Assembly: GCA_000004985.1 (NCBI GenBank)
Contig: GG738910.1
DNA: 64,000 nt
DNA from: Naegleria gruberi
Taxonomy: Eukaryota
Strand: one strand, 5' to 3'
Shown here: piece after piece, positions 1 to 9,633 of the stretch
How the letters are laid out: every line of letters begins with the position of its first letter
How positions within the stretch are numbered: the first letter of the stretch is position 1
The notes under the pieces: model-generated
The model's input: the letters and a program-made list of their open reading frames with translations, nothing else
Told to the model about the DNA's origin: nothing
The model's database searches: none
Position numbers and translations under genes: made by a program

Positions 1-1
1 G

Positions 2-538
2 AAAACCTCCTCCAAAATATCCATCAAGGTTTCAGTCAATAGTGGAGACATTATTTGTGGGCTATTAGGATCTAATACTAGAATGAATTTCTCCATGATT
101 GGAAAAAATTATGACATGGCAATTAACATGCTACAAATGAATAACCATTACAAAACCAAGGTACTTATTGGTCAAAACACCTTACGTAAGGTGAGGGAGA
201 ACTTTATTTGCTACTTTGTAGACAGTTTGGAGACTGAAAAGATTTCAATGCCATGTTCAACATTTAAATGTACATCAAGTGGGGATTTATCAAAATATGA
301 TGAAGAGGATAATAATGGCATTTGTAATGTTTATGAATTGATTTGTCATAAGGACGAAGCGACAGAACTCCACAAAAAGATTCAATCTGATTTATACCAA
401 ATCGAGTCTTTCTTAGCGAACCAACAGTATCACTATCTGTACGACAAGTGCCTCTGCGTACTATCCTTAGAAGATCTTCAGAGTGTTGAATATTTAAAAT
501 CCAAATATAAAGCCGAATTGAATCGACAGATCCTTTAA
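2..538 (+). CDS. 3' partial CDS: C-terminal part of a class III adenylyl/guanylyl cyclase catalytic-domain protein; the gene continues upstream of the window
   Basis: Frame 2 is open from the window edge to TAA at 536-538. The translation ...KVSVNSGDIICGLLGSNTRMNFSMIGKNYDMAINMLQ... fits the class III nucleotidyl-cyclase signature (h-H/N-S-G-x-V/I-x-A/C-G-V/L-V/L-G-x5-Y/F-x-V/L/M-F/I-G-D/K-T/N-V-N/D-x-A-x-R/N-M). The ORF-track entry 83..538 is the same frame. Confidence 0.5.
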   Translation, partial: KTSSKISIKVSVNSGDIICGLLGSNTRMNFSMIGKNYDMAINMLQMNNHYKTKVLIGQNTLRKVRENFICYFVDSLETEKISMPCSTFKCTSSGDLSKYDEEDNNGICNVYELICHKDEATELHKKIQSDLYQIESFLANQQYHYLYDKCLCVLSLEDLQSVEYLKSKYKAELNRQIL

Positions 539-955
539 CTGTGGATTCAAAATTTCCTCAAAAAGACAATTTTCATTCTTGCTCCTTTAAATAATAGTAG
601 TATTAGTTGTTCCTTAGTTCTGACATTGTGTGAATCAAAGCCGCTTAGTTCTTCCAAACAATTCAATGAGAGTTGATTAGCATCAAACCGGTTCGGGCTA
701 TTAAGGAACCATTTTGTGAAAAAGGATCTGTGAGCAATAAATTCAATATCAAAAATAGAGTGGTGCATCCAGAAAAGTCTAGTCCTTAGTTCTTCAGTTC
801 TACTCCTCCTCACTCGTTAACACCTCAAGAGTTTAAGCCAAATCGAAGCACTCTAAAAAACATTAAGAAAAAAACATTAACACAAAAATATTAAGCAGGT
901 GCACACAAAGTACTTTTTTAACGGTTAAGGGTAACTCTCCTCTTTATAAGAATAA

Positions 956-1981
956 TTGAATAAGAGAAACATGGGATCAGCACCATCAACAACATTTATT
1001 TCCTCATTTGCTGGTAATTCACTAGTGATGGATAAACAATCCATGATGGTGAGACAATTACTATTGGGTAACGATTCTAAGAAAGGTGATGTAGATGTTT
1101 CAAACCGATCGAAGACTTACTCCTTACCTAGTCATCATTCGAGTAGTGGAAGCAGTATTACACATGCCTCCAAGAGTCATGAATCTTCTCCAGTTGAGCT
1201 TTGTGAACATCATGCACCATTGCGATCAATCTCACCTACAAGAAGAAGAGCAAGTGAAAATGGTTCAATAGGAAGCAGTATTAGCTCTCTGAGTGACTCT
1301 ATGGATATAAGTAAGGGAAGAGTCAAATCAATTCAATCGAATGGTGTATTGCACTCTTATGAGTTTTGGAGTAATGAATCAATAGATTTTGAAAATTGCA
1401 GACAAGAAACTGAAATGCAAAACATCCAGATGGAAATCAAAATGAAATCTCCAAAGCATTCAGAAAAGCATGATTCAGATTCTCTTCATCACAACCCAGA
1501 ACATAAGAAAAAGAAGAAGTACAATGGATGGGTTGAAGAACCTCTCAGTCAATCGATGCATCATTCACCATCCCACCATCACTCAACTCATCACTCCAAC
1601 AATCATCATTCCACAAACCACCATCACTCAACTCACCACCATCACGCCAGCAGACATGAACATCATCATTCAAATCATTCAGCTCACTCAACTACCACCT
1701 CCAAACCAAGTTCTGTTCTTTCTCCTATTACAACTCGTCATTCTCATGATTCAAGCATTCTTGCAACTAATTCCAAACTAAGTCCACTGCATCACGAAGC
1801 ACCTAATTTCAACAGTGCAATCCAACAACCATCTGTCCAACACAATGCTTTCAATCTTCCTCTCATTCCTTTCCATTTAAATTTATCAGCTTCTTGGGAT
1901 CGTCAAAAAGCCATCGAGTTATATGAAAAATCAATGAAACAACATCATGATTCTAAATCAACTCACGAATTTGGCTCATAG
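956..1981 (+). CDS. Hypothetical Ser/His-rich low-complexity protein. The real start is probably the second ATG at 971, giving MGSAPSTT, an N-myristoylation consensus
   Basis: Continuous 341-aa ORF with biased but coding-like composition. It contains a His-rich run (HHSTHHSNNHHSTNHHHSTHHHH) and is a paralogue of the ORF at 5145 (MGSNTSTT). Confidence 0.5.
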   Translation: MNKRNMGSAPSTTFISSFAGNSLVMDKQSMMVRQLLLGNDSKKGDVDVSNRSKTYSLPSHHSSSGSSITHASKSHESSPVELCEHHAPLRSISPTRRRASENGSIGSSISSLSDSMDISKGRVKSIQSNGVLHSYEFWSNESIDFENCRQETEMQNIQMEIKMKSPKHSEKHDSDSLHHNPEHKKKKKYNGWVEEPLSQSMHHSPSHHHSTHHSNNHHSTNHHHSTHHHHASRHEHHHSNHSAHSTTTSKPSSVLSPITTRHSHDSSILATNSKLSPLHHEAPNFNSAIQQPSVQHNAFNLPLIPFHLNLSASWDRQKAIELYEKSMKQHHDSKSTHEFGS

Positions 1982-2035
1982 GATTGGACCGAAAATGTTG
2001 CTCTTTGTCATCAATAAAGGTCTAATAAAGAAAAA

Positions 2036-3697
2036 ATGGCGAGACTTTCATGTATTAAAGGTTTATTTAAAATATATATTGCTGTCTTTGCTATTGTTTT
2101 ATTAATTCTAGTGATTATCAACATTCAACGACATGAATCTGTTTTCAAGAAATCATCAACCTTTGAATCTATTCGAAACAAAATTTCGAATATAAATTCG
2201 GATGTATTAACAGATGAAAAAACAAACGAACAACAAAAAGATCAAGTACAAACAATAACTAAACCATCATCAAATTTAAATACAAATATTGCTAATCAAC
2301 AATTGCAAAACAAACAATCAGAAACTACAACACCTCTGATTTGTCTAAATTCCGACTCGAATAGATTGAAAACTAAACAAGAAGAATTATGTGATTCGGA
2401 ATATGGATGTGGAATGCTTCGTCAATGGAAACAAAATCAATTATTAATGTGTGAACGAAAGGAATCCCATCAAAAAACACAATTGACTTGTTATGAACAT
2501 AATAATTATCACTTGCCAACTGCCACCTTTCCACACACAATTTGTGATTCTGAAAATCTAGTCATGGATTTCTCAAAATTAGTAAGAGCACCATGTTTGA
2601 AATATAGACCTGGATATTTTTGTAAAAAGGAAACTTATTACAATTACAAATCTGGAGCATTGATTGGAAATTGTCATAGAACGAATGAATTTTCAAATTT
2701 GAATCATTTTGCAAATGATTTTGGAAAGGATATCTTTTCCAGTTTTATAACATTTGAAGAAAAACAAGTTGATTTGCAAAATGTGAAATTTTTTGATGGA
2801 ATTACTATTTTCGTATCGAGAGAACAAGATGAACATGTCAATATGTTTCATGCAATGAGTGATTTCTTTGCCACACATGTTGTCATTGAAATGTTTAAAC
2901 TGAACAGTTCAAATATTCAAATAGTCATTTTGGATGAGCATTTTGATGGACCTTTTGATTTCTTGTGGGATAAGGCACTTTCCTTCAAGAGACCAATGAA
3001 AAAGGCCTCTTCCTTTTCAAATGGAATGGTAAGATTTGAGAGGGCAATCTTTCAACATGCTGGCTATGCTACACATTTCCTCTCAAATTTGATGAATTTT
3101 AATGAGAATGATGCTACTATGTGTCACTCAAAAATTCCACTCGTTGCCAATTTTGCCAATAGAATTTTGAATGGTTTGGGTATCAAGAAGAGAGAAATCA
3201 ATAAGGGTGATGTGATTCGTGTCTTGTTCATCAGTCGAAGACCTTATGTGAAATTTGGAGTCGAGCACAATTTCATGTCTCGTCAAATTAGCAATGAAGA
3301 AGAGGTGTTGGATCGAATGAAGACTCACAGAGAATATGGCAAGAAATTCACAGTGGAAAGAGTTGATTTTGCACATTTGAAATTAGTTGAACAAATTCAA
3401 AAAGTTCACGATTCAGATTTCTTAATTGGATATCATGGAGCTGGATTGACTCACTCATTGTGGATGCCTGAGGAAACCTCTGCAGTTCTTGAAATTTGGA
3501 ATACAGTAACAACAAGAGGATGGAGATGCTTTGAACAATTCACATTTTGGAAGGGAAACGACTATACATTGTGGAGTAATTCAAATCCAAAGAATTTGAG
3601 AAAGGACAGTTTGGGAGATTACTTGACTGTGGATGTTGCGGACTTTTACAAAACATTTGATAGAATGGTTAACAAGTTGATTGACTCTAGGAATTAG
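2036..3697 (+). CDS. Type II membrane glycosyltransferase, family GT61 (DUF563), EOGT-like (EGF-domain O-GlcNAc transferase-like)
   Basis: 553-aa single-exon ORF. It has an N-terminal cytoplasmic stub plus hydrophobic signal anchor (IYIAVFAIVLLILVIINI). The C-terminal motif IGYHGAGLTHSLWMPEETSAVLEIW...RGWRCFEQFTFWKGNDYTLW matches the GT61/EOGT hallmark (HGAGLTH...V.E......RCY.....G..Y..W). ATG at 2036, TAG at 3695-3697. Confidence 0.8.
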   Translation: MARLSCIKGLFKIYIAVFAIVLLILVIINIQRHESVFKKSSTFESIRNKISNINSDVLTDEKTNEQQKDQVQTITKPSSNLNTNIANQQLQNKQSETTTPLICLNSDSNRLKTKQEELCDSEYGCGMLRQWKQNQLLMCERKESHQKTQLTCYEHNNYHLPTATFPHTICDSENLVMDFSKLVRAPCLKYRPGYFCKKETYYNYKSGALIGNCHRTNEFSNLNHFANDFGKDIFSSFITFEEKQVDLQNVKFFDGITIFVSREQDEHVNMFHAMSDFFATHVVIEMFKLNSSNIQIVILDEHFDGPFDFLWDKALSFKRPMKKASSFSNGMVRFERAIFQHAGYATHFLSNLMNFNENDATMCHSKIPLVANFANRILNGLGIKKREINKGDVIRVLFISRRPYVKFGVEHNFMSRQISNEEEVLDRMKTHREYGKKFTVERVDFAHLKLVEQIQKVHDSDFLIGYHGAGLTHSLWMPEETSAVLEIWNTVTTRGWRCFEQFTFWKGNDYTLWSNSNPKNLRKDSLGDYLTVDVADFYKTFDRMVNKLIDSRN

Positions 3698-3774
3698 AAA
3701 AATAAGATGATTTAATAGTAAATTAAGGATTTTATTTAATTGATGTACAAAAGGAGACGAAATTAATTTAAGTT

Positions 3775-4473
3775 TCAAATTTTCACCTTTTTTAAAGTTT
3801 CGACTGGTGAATGATTTGGAATAACTTTTCTCTTCTTTGAATTGGAACAATTTGAGTGGACGTATAATTGCAGAGAAGGTGAAAACTCTGCCTCACTCAA
3901 AACCCAATTCATTCTCTGAGAATCGTATGATTTATCCAAATCTTCTTCACAGATTGGACACACTGACTGATCTGTATTGGCAATGATTGTTTTGAGAGAG
4001 GAGTTTTTGTTTTGAGAGAGTTCAGCAACACTTTCCTTCCTTTGAACCTTGAAGAAATCAAAAGCAGAAACGACACTCTGTTTATTATTCGAATCTTGTT
4101 TTAAAACTGATGAATCAGTTTGATTGAACAACAAGAAACTTGGACTTTGAACAGGAACAACATTTCCCTGCAGCCAATCGTCTTCACTGCCAAACCAACT
4201 TCTCGATTGAATGATTTTAATTGGCTTTTGAATGTTTCGTTTCTTTCTGTGTCCGTTATTTACATTATTGTTTGATTTTCTATTGTTATTCTTGGAAGAC
4301 GAGTACATTGCCTGTCTATTATTCGAAGGTGTATTGTTATTCGACACAATGGAAGAGGGAGCAATGGGAAAGGAATTTTTGTTTGATGACTTGTTGGTTA
4401 ATTGCTTGAGAATGTAATTTAGAAATTGCGGAGTAGTAGCAGGTTGATTGTTAGAATGGCTTGGTTTCATCAT
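3775..4473 (-). CDS. Hypothetical Asn/Ser-rich protein, with a possible C-terminal Cys/His cluster (CPIC...HSNC)
   Basis: 232-aa ORF on the minus strand. It is low-complexity with no recognizable domain. It is convergent with the GT61 gene, with the 3' ends about 80 bp apart. Confidence 0.35.
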   Translation of the reverse strand: MMKPSHSNNQPATTPQFLNYILKQLTNKSSNKNSFPIAPSSIVSNNNTPSNNRQAMYSSSKNNNRKSNNNVNNGHRKKRNIQKPIKIIQSRSWFGSEDDWLQGNVVPVQSPSFLLFNQTDSSVLKQDSNNKQSVVSAFDFFKVQRKESVAELSQNKNSSLKTIIANTDQSVCPICEEDLDKSYDSQRMNWVLSEAEFSPSLQLYVHSNCSNSKKRKVIPNHSPVETLKKVKI

Positions 4474-5144
4474 TTTAGATTAAATGTTGGCGATAGTGTA
4501 GTATTATTATGTTGTTGGAAAAAAACGTTATTTATTAGATAAATCCACAGTAGTGATATGTTGTGGTATTTTTTTTGAAATTATTAATAGATTAAATCCG
4601 TTACAGGAAACTTTTACAATTTTTTTCAATTATCCTTAAAATATCTTGCACCAAGATCATGAATGGATTGAAGATTTTCATTTGTGTCTTTTAAATATTT
4701 GGTACAAAGAAACAGGATACTATATTCTTGCCTTTTTAAAACCTTGATGTAGTTTAAACCCAAAATCATTGTGGAATTATGTGCAGGATTACATAAGATA
4801 GATCCTCATCTCTCAAAGACGATTCTTCAATTTATGAAAGTTCATATTCCTTTTGTCCATTTTCTGGTCATTCTCTCTTGTCCAGTATTCAACAATATAA
4901 TACATTCAAGAGAGATGGTATTGAAAGTTGTAGAACGATCTTCCTTAAAAGCCAATACCACAATCCTTAATTGGTGAGCACTCTCGCAATAAGTAAATGA
5001 TTCTCTGAGGAAGAATATTAATTAATTTGGCCCTATAACCCCACAACTGGAATCGGCCCTTTGCTTTCCACAACGACCCTGTTATAACATCTCCAAAAAA
5101 AGATCTCGATTGTTGCTGCTCATTCTTTCACATTCCTATGTAAA

Positions 5145-5978
5145 ATGGGCTCAAATACATCAACAACTATTATTGAACAACAACAAGCAGGTGAGGAAGA
5201 AAGATCTTTGACCAAGTCAAGATCTATGAGGCAGCCCTCCCTTAAGAGATCATCAAGTAATACAGCTTCCGATGATGAGAAGAGTCCAATAGAAGAAATT
5301 TTGATGGAAAACCAACCATCAATTATTGGATTTGTTGGAAATTTGATGGGAATTAAGCAATCACATCATCATAAAGCCATTCGAGTTGTGGATATGGAAC
5401 AAGCACACAAAATTTCTGAATCTTCGATATTATCATCACCCTTAAAGAGTGGTAATACAAATGGTGGTGAAGAAGCTTTCCAACCAATCTATTCATCAAA
5501 AACTGCCTTTACAAGACCTAGAGCCAAATCATTTGGTCCTTCATTGAAGAATAGTCTCTCATCAAATAATTCAGTGAATTCTTCAATTTCCAATAGTATC
5601 CTTACCAGAAATCAGGTGCATCTCAATTCTTCATACGACGGCTGGAATAGAGATGCTATCTGTTGGGAGGAATTTAAGAGAAAAAGTATAGAACGTGAAA
5701 ATAAGAGAAAGAAGGTTAAGGATGTATCAGCATCATGGTCACCTTCACCTTCCAGTCAATCACCAAATGGAAAACAACCACAAGCAACAAATAACGTGTC
5801 AATAAGTGTGAGCTTATCAACTCAATCTTCACCACGAGGCAAAGGTAACAACAGAAGATATGGAATTATACTTGCACCAATCACAAACCGTGTTGGTATG
5901 GAAGTTGAACGAACAGGAATAGGAAACTTTTTGAAGAACCTTGAACAACCCTCACTGTTATCCCAATCAATCAAATAG
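5145..5978 (+). CDS. Hypothetical Ser-rich protein with an N-myristoylation consensus (MGSNTSTT); paralogue of the 956..1981 gene
   Basis: 277-aa ORF. Its N-terminus MGSNTSTT matches MGSAPSTT in the other gene. The composition is Ser/Asn-rich. Confidence 0.5.
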   Translation: MGSNTSTTIIEQQQAGEEERSLTKSRSMRQPSLKRSSSNTASDDEKSPIEEILMENQPSIIGFVGNLMGIKQSHHHKAIRVVDMEQAHKISESSILSSPLKSGNTNGGEEAFQPIYSSKTAFTRPRAKSFGPSLKNSLSSNNSVNSSISNSILTRNQVHLNSSYDGWNRDAICWEEFKRKSIERENKRKKVKDVSASWSPSPSSQSPNGKQPQATNNVSISVSLSTQSSPRGKGNNRRYGIILAPITNRVGMEVERTGIGNFLKNLEQPSLLSQSIK

Positions 5979-6252
5979 AATAGAATCTCTTTGAATTGGA
6001 GAGGAAATGATAGTAGAGCTCGCAAATTGTGATGCGAATCATATAGACTAAAAAAGAACTAATAAGCACTGAGGAAAATCTCTTCCTTAATATGGACCTT
6101 ATGAAGTTTTAGGACAAAACCAAAGGCCAAAGATAATACACTGATAAATTAGATATGTTTGTGCTTGATACTAATTTTACAGGTCCCTTATCTGTGAGAT
6201 GTGAATCAAACTAGGCAAACTCAAAACATGTTTATTTACAGGCAGTTTATTT

Positions 6253-8367
6253 TTAAACACTTGAGGAGGTTGAAGGAGAACTCACTTTCAATTGATCTTG
6301 TAATTTGGCTTGTAACTTTTTCCTGTTTTCAGCATTCTTTCTTTTGGATCTTAGTAACAGGACTGTTGTAAAGATTACAATAATCAAAATAATTAAAAGA
6401 ATGACCACCACACCAACAACACCCACAGTGATACCAATTGTTACTGCTGACTGATCAGAAGAGGTATATGTTGAGGTTTGTACCTTATTTTCACTCAGTG
6501 TCTTCTTAACAGACATGTCAATGACTCCAAATGAAGTAAGGTGACTCGTTTCACATTTGACTGATATTACAACTTGGAAATTGGTGTTATCTATTGTCTT
6601 GTTCAAGAAGGAGAGAATAGTAGTTTTCAACCCTGAAGATTCCCAAGTGTTTTTCAAAGTATTGTAATAGGCACAGGAATAATTCAAGTGCTCAGATTTA
6701 CCAATTGAAACATTGAAGAAAGCTAATGAAATTGGATCTTGTAAACCCTTGATTGCAATTTCTTGAGCCGATTGTCTGTCATAGAGTGAAATGGACATAA
6801 CTGTACTCTTCAATTTGTCACTATTCGAAAATAAAACTGGAGCAGAATTAGTGCTTGGATCGTAAATGGACGAAACTAACACAATCTCGCTTACATTATT
6901 AATTTGATCACTCATTGTCGCTGGAAATTCAAAACTAGTCTTGAAACCGTCAAAGGAAACTGATTTGGAATCAAGTTCTGTAACATCCTTCACAACTGTC
7001 AACTTTTCAACATAACCGTTTACCAAAGAAGTGTTCAAACATGTAGAATTTGCAGCCACAATCTTTCCATAACAATACTTGTATTCACAATATTGTCCAA
7101 AGTAATTTTCTTGGCATTCAACAACAGGTTCTTCCTCATTCATCCAATAATCTCCAATGTCAGTTTCTCTCCAGTCTGGTATTGTGAGATTAAGTGGTTT
7201 TGTGACGCATAATGTACCATTAGAATTAATGGAATAATTTGTTGAATTACACGAATATTCCATCATTAGAATTCTTTGATTATTGGTATCGGTTACTGTT
7301 ATGGCCATAGAGGAAACTCCTGGTTTAGACAGAATGTTGATAGACACACTTTCAGGACCTGACATGATTGTAGTTCCAGATACGGTTTGAATAATACCAG
7401 TACGCAAATCAATTCTTCTCAATCTGTGATTCCAACTGTCGGCAATGTACAAATCATTTTGTAATCCCAAGAATAAATCTCGAGGACTGTTAATCATGGC
7501 AGAAGTTGCTGCCGAACCGTCACCTGCAATACCTCCATTTCCTGTTCCACATATGGTTGAGATTATTCCAGTGGCAGCTGTTATTTTTCTGATTCTGTTG
7601 TTTTGAGTATCAGCAATATAAATGTCACCATTAGACATGATAGCAACAGCTTGAGGACCATTCAACTTGGCAGATGTTGACAATACGTTATCTGTAAATC
7701 CTGATGAACCTGCTGTTCCAGCAATTGTTGTAATAATACCAGTAAATATATCAAGTTTTCTGACAATATGGTTAAGAGTGTCTGAAATGTACAAATATTT
7801 CTGTGTTGTGGTATCGAATGTAACTCCTCTTGGACCATTAAGCATGGCTTGAGTAGCTATTTTACCATCGCCTGAAAACCCAGCTGTCAAGTTGCCAGCA
7901 ACAATAACGAGCTGACCTGTCATTAAATTTAACTTTCGAATAATATTATTACCACTCTCAGCAATGTATAACGCATTCTCTGTAGTACTCATGGTAATCT
8001 GTCTAGGTTCATTGAGTTTCGAATATCTTGCTTTGAACTTTCCACCAACGAGTGGTGATTCAGCAAAACCTTTCTCACCAGTTCCACATAAAGTCAGTAA
8101 ACTGCCATTCGAATGAATAAACTTCAATTGATGATTGCCAGTATCAGCAATCAACACTCTTGAATAATTAGAAACCCTTACTCCAGCTGGCCAAACTAGA
8201 GCATAGTTATTGCCAGCATCAGCAATAGTTTTATAACTTGTGGCCGTTGGCGTTAATTGACCATTGACATGTTGTTGATCTAGCTGTGTCAGTTGACTAA
8301 AGAGCAGAGTTGTTATGATCGTTATTATTAAATGTAGAATAGTCATAGATGAAACTGTTTGCTGCAT
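6253..8367 (-). CDS. Secreted type I membrane protein with about 6 NHL repeats (beta-propeller), a juxtamembrane GPS-like motif, one TM helix and a short basic tail ending in SSV
   Basis: 704-aa single-exon ORF. It has a signal peptide (MQQTVSSMTILHLIITIITTLLF). Repeated NHL signatures are present (YIADTGNHQLKF, YIAESGNNIIRKL, YISDTLNHIVRKL, IYIADTQNNRIRKI, LYIADSWNHRLRRI). The motif KCETSHLTSFGV lies about 35 aa before the TM (ITVGVVGVVVILLIILIIVIFTTVLLL), followed by an RSKRKN tail. Confidence 0.8.
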   Translation of the reverse strand: MQQTVSSMTILHLIITIITTLLFSQLTQLDQQHVNGQLTPTATSYKTIADAGNNYALVWPAGVRVSNYSRVLIADTGNHQLKFIHSNGSLLTLCGTGEKGFAESPLVGGKFKARYSKLNEPRQITMSTTENALYIAESGNNIIRKLNLMTGQLVIVAGNLTAGFSGDGKIATQAMLNGPRGVTFDTTTQKYLYISDTLNHIVRKLDIFTGIITTIAGTAGSSGFTDNVLSTSAKLNGPQAVAIMSNGDIYIADTQNNRIRKITAATGIISTICGTGNGGIAGDGSAATSAMINSPRDLFLGLQNDLYIADSWNHRLRRIDLRTGIIQTVSGTTIMSGPESVSINILSKPGVSSMAITVTDTNNQRILMMEYSCNSTNYSINSNGTLCVTKPLNLTIPDWRETDIGDYWMNEEEPVVECQENYFGQYCEYKYCYGKIVAANSTCLNTSLVNGYVEKLTVVKDVTELDSKSVSFDGFKTSFEFPATMSDQINNVSEIVLVSSIYDPSTNSAPVLFSNSDKLKSTVMSISLYDRQSAQEIAIKGLQDPISLAFFNVSIGKSEHLNYSCAYYNTLKNTWESSGLKTTILSFLNKTIDNTNFQVVISVKCETSHLTSFGVIDMSVKKTLSENKVQTSTYTSSDQSAVTIGITVGVVGVVVILLIILIIVIFTTVLLLRSKRKNAENRKKLQAKLQDQLKVSSPSTSSSV
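6523..6558 (-). other. GPS-like (GAIN-domain cleavage-site-like) motif C-x3-HLT-x-F-G-V in the 6253..8367 protein
   Basis: The translated sequence VKCETSHLTSFGVID matches the HL|T/S-x-F core of GPCR-proteolysis-site motifs and lies just outside the TM helix. Confidence 0.4.
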
Positions 8368-9633
8368 GTTGTACAGATGTGTGTTGTTTCTTTTTAGTTT
8401 TTGGGAATAAATCTTGTGCTGATTTAACCACCATTGGATTTACCATTGTTTCGTAAAAGGAATACACAAGCAATAGATTTTTCTGTTATCCAATAGTTCA
8501 GGAACTCTGTTTCTTAATCGGATAACATTCGGTTAAAAGACCAAATCGACAAGGACATGATGGGTACTAGAATAAAATTCTTTCATTGGCCAAGTGTGCC
8601 TCTAAAAAACCAAGTAGCCTTTCAAATGTATAACCTCACCTTGATTAAGATTTCGCACGCGGTGGACTCTAGACACAGCAGATGCTTGATGGAGGAGATT
8701 TGCCTTCTTATTTGTGTAATTGATTTTTGATGTTGAAATGACGAGATGGATATTAATACAGATCAAGCATTCCAATTTGGTCCTAAATAATGAATATTAT
8801 TTGAATGAAGAAATTGATGGTTATGGAATGTTATTTGGCTAAAGGCTTTTTGATATCATCAGGGTTGTGTACCTGTCTGTATTGCTGAAATTATCCATCG
8901 ATTGTAAATAAATACTGATGTTGGTGAGGAGAAGGAATTGTGGAGGTTGTAATACATCTTCTTATTGTTCTCCGAGGAAGAGTTTGATGTTATCAGAACA
9001 TGAAGGAACAGTTGTTGGGAATTTTTAATTTTTTAATTAAAAAATACAACAATTTCCTTCAGATCCTTGTTGTGTAGAGAAGAATGAAGATTTTAGTTGG
9101 TGATGAGGAATTTATTAAATAATAATTTTGTGATTTCTAATCTATGAATCTGTGAGCATCAAGCTATGATGTAAATGTTGATTTTCTTGGTTACATCATA
9201 AGAGCGTGAAAAAGCGAATCGGAACAACATTATAGGATAATCCAATCACGTGCATTGGTTGTTAAATGGTTAGAGTAGATATTAGGAAGAACAATTACAA
9301 CTTGTATGCTAAAGGAACAATTTATCTTTTGCAACTTTGTTCAGGGCATTTGTAGGCCTTTATGTGGACTGAAAAAAGACAATTGAGTCAGTTTACAAAA
9401 CAATCTAAAGCATTAATGACCTGAAATCAAGTCATTAGGCGGAGTTTTTTTTGACATGTGTACCTTAATCTCCGAATTTTAAGGAAGGAAAGAGGAAGTA
9501 CCACCAAATTGATCCACAATAGGGTTTGTAAAACAAACTTTTTAACAGTCTCATTCATTGTGTGGGTTTTTGAAACGATACTTTGACAATCTTTGAAAGG
9601 CCTACTTCAAGATGTTTGTGAAAAAAATTGAAA

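Noticed and set aside
1470-1781. 103-aa ORF in an alternate frame inside the 956..1981 gene, and similar small ORFs (4221..4409, 4232..4417, 5822..6025, 7667..7852, 12137..12445, 3128..3376, 2693..2878)
   Set aside because: These are overlapping shadow ORFs of longer, better-supported coding frames.
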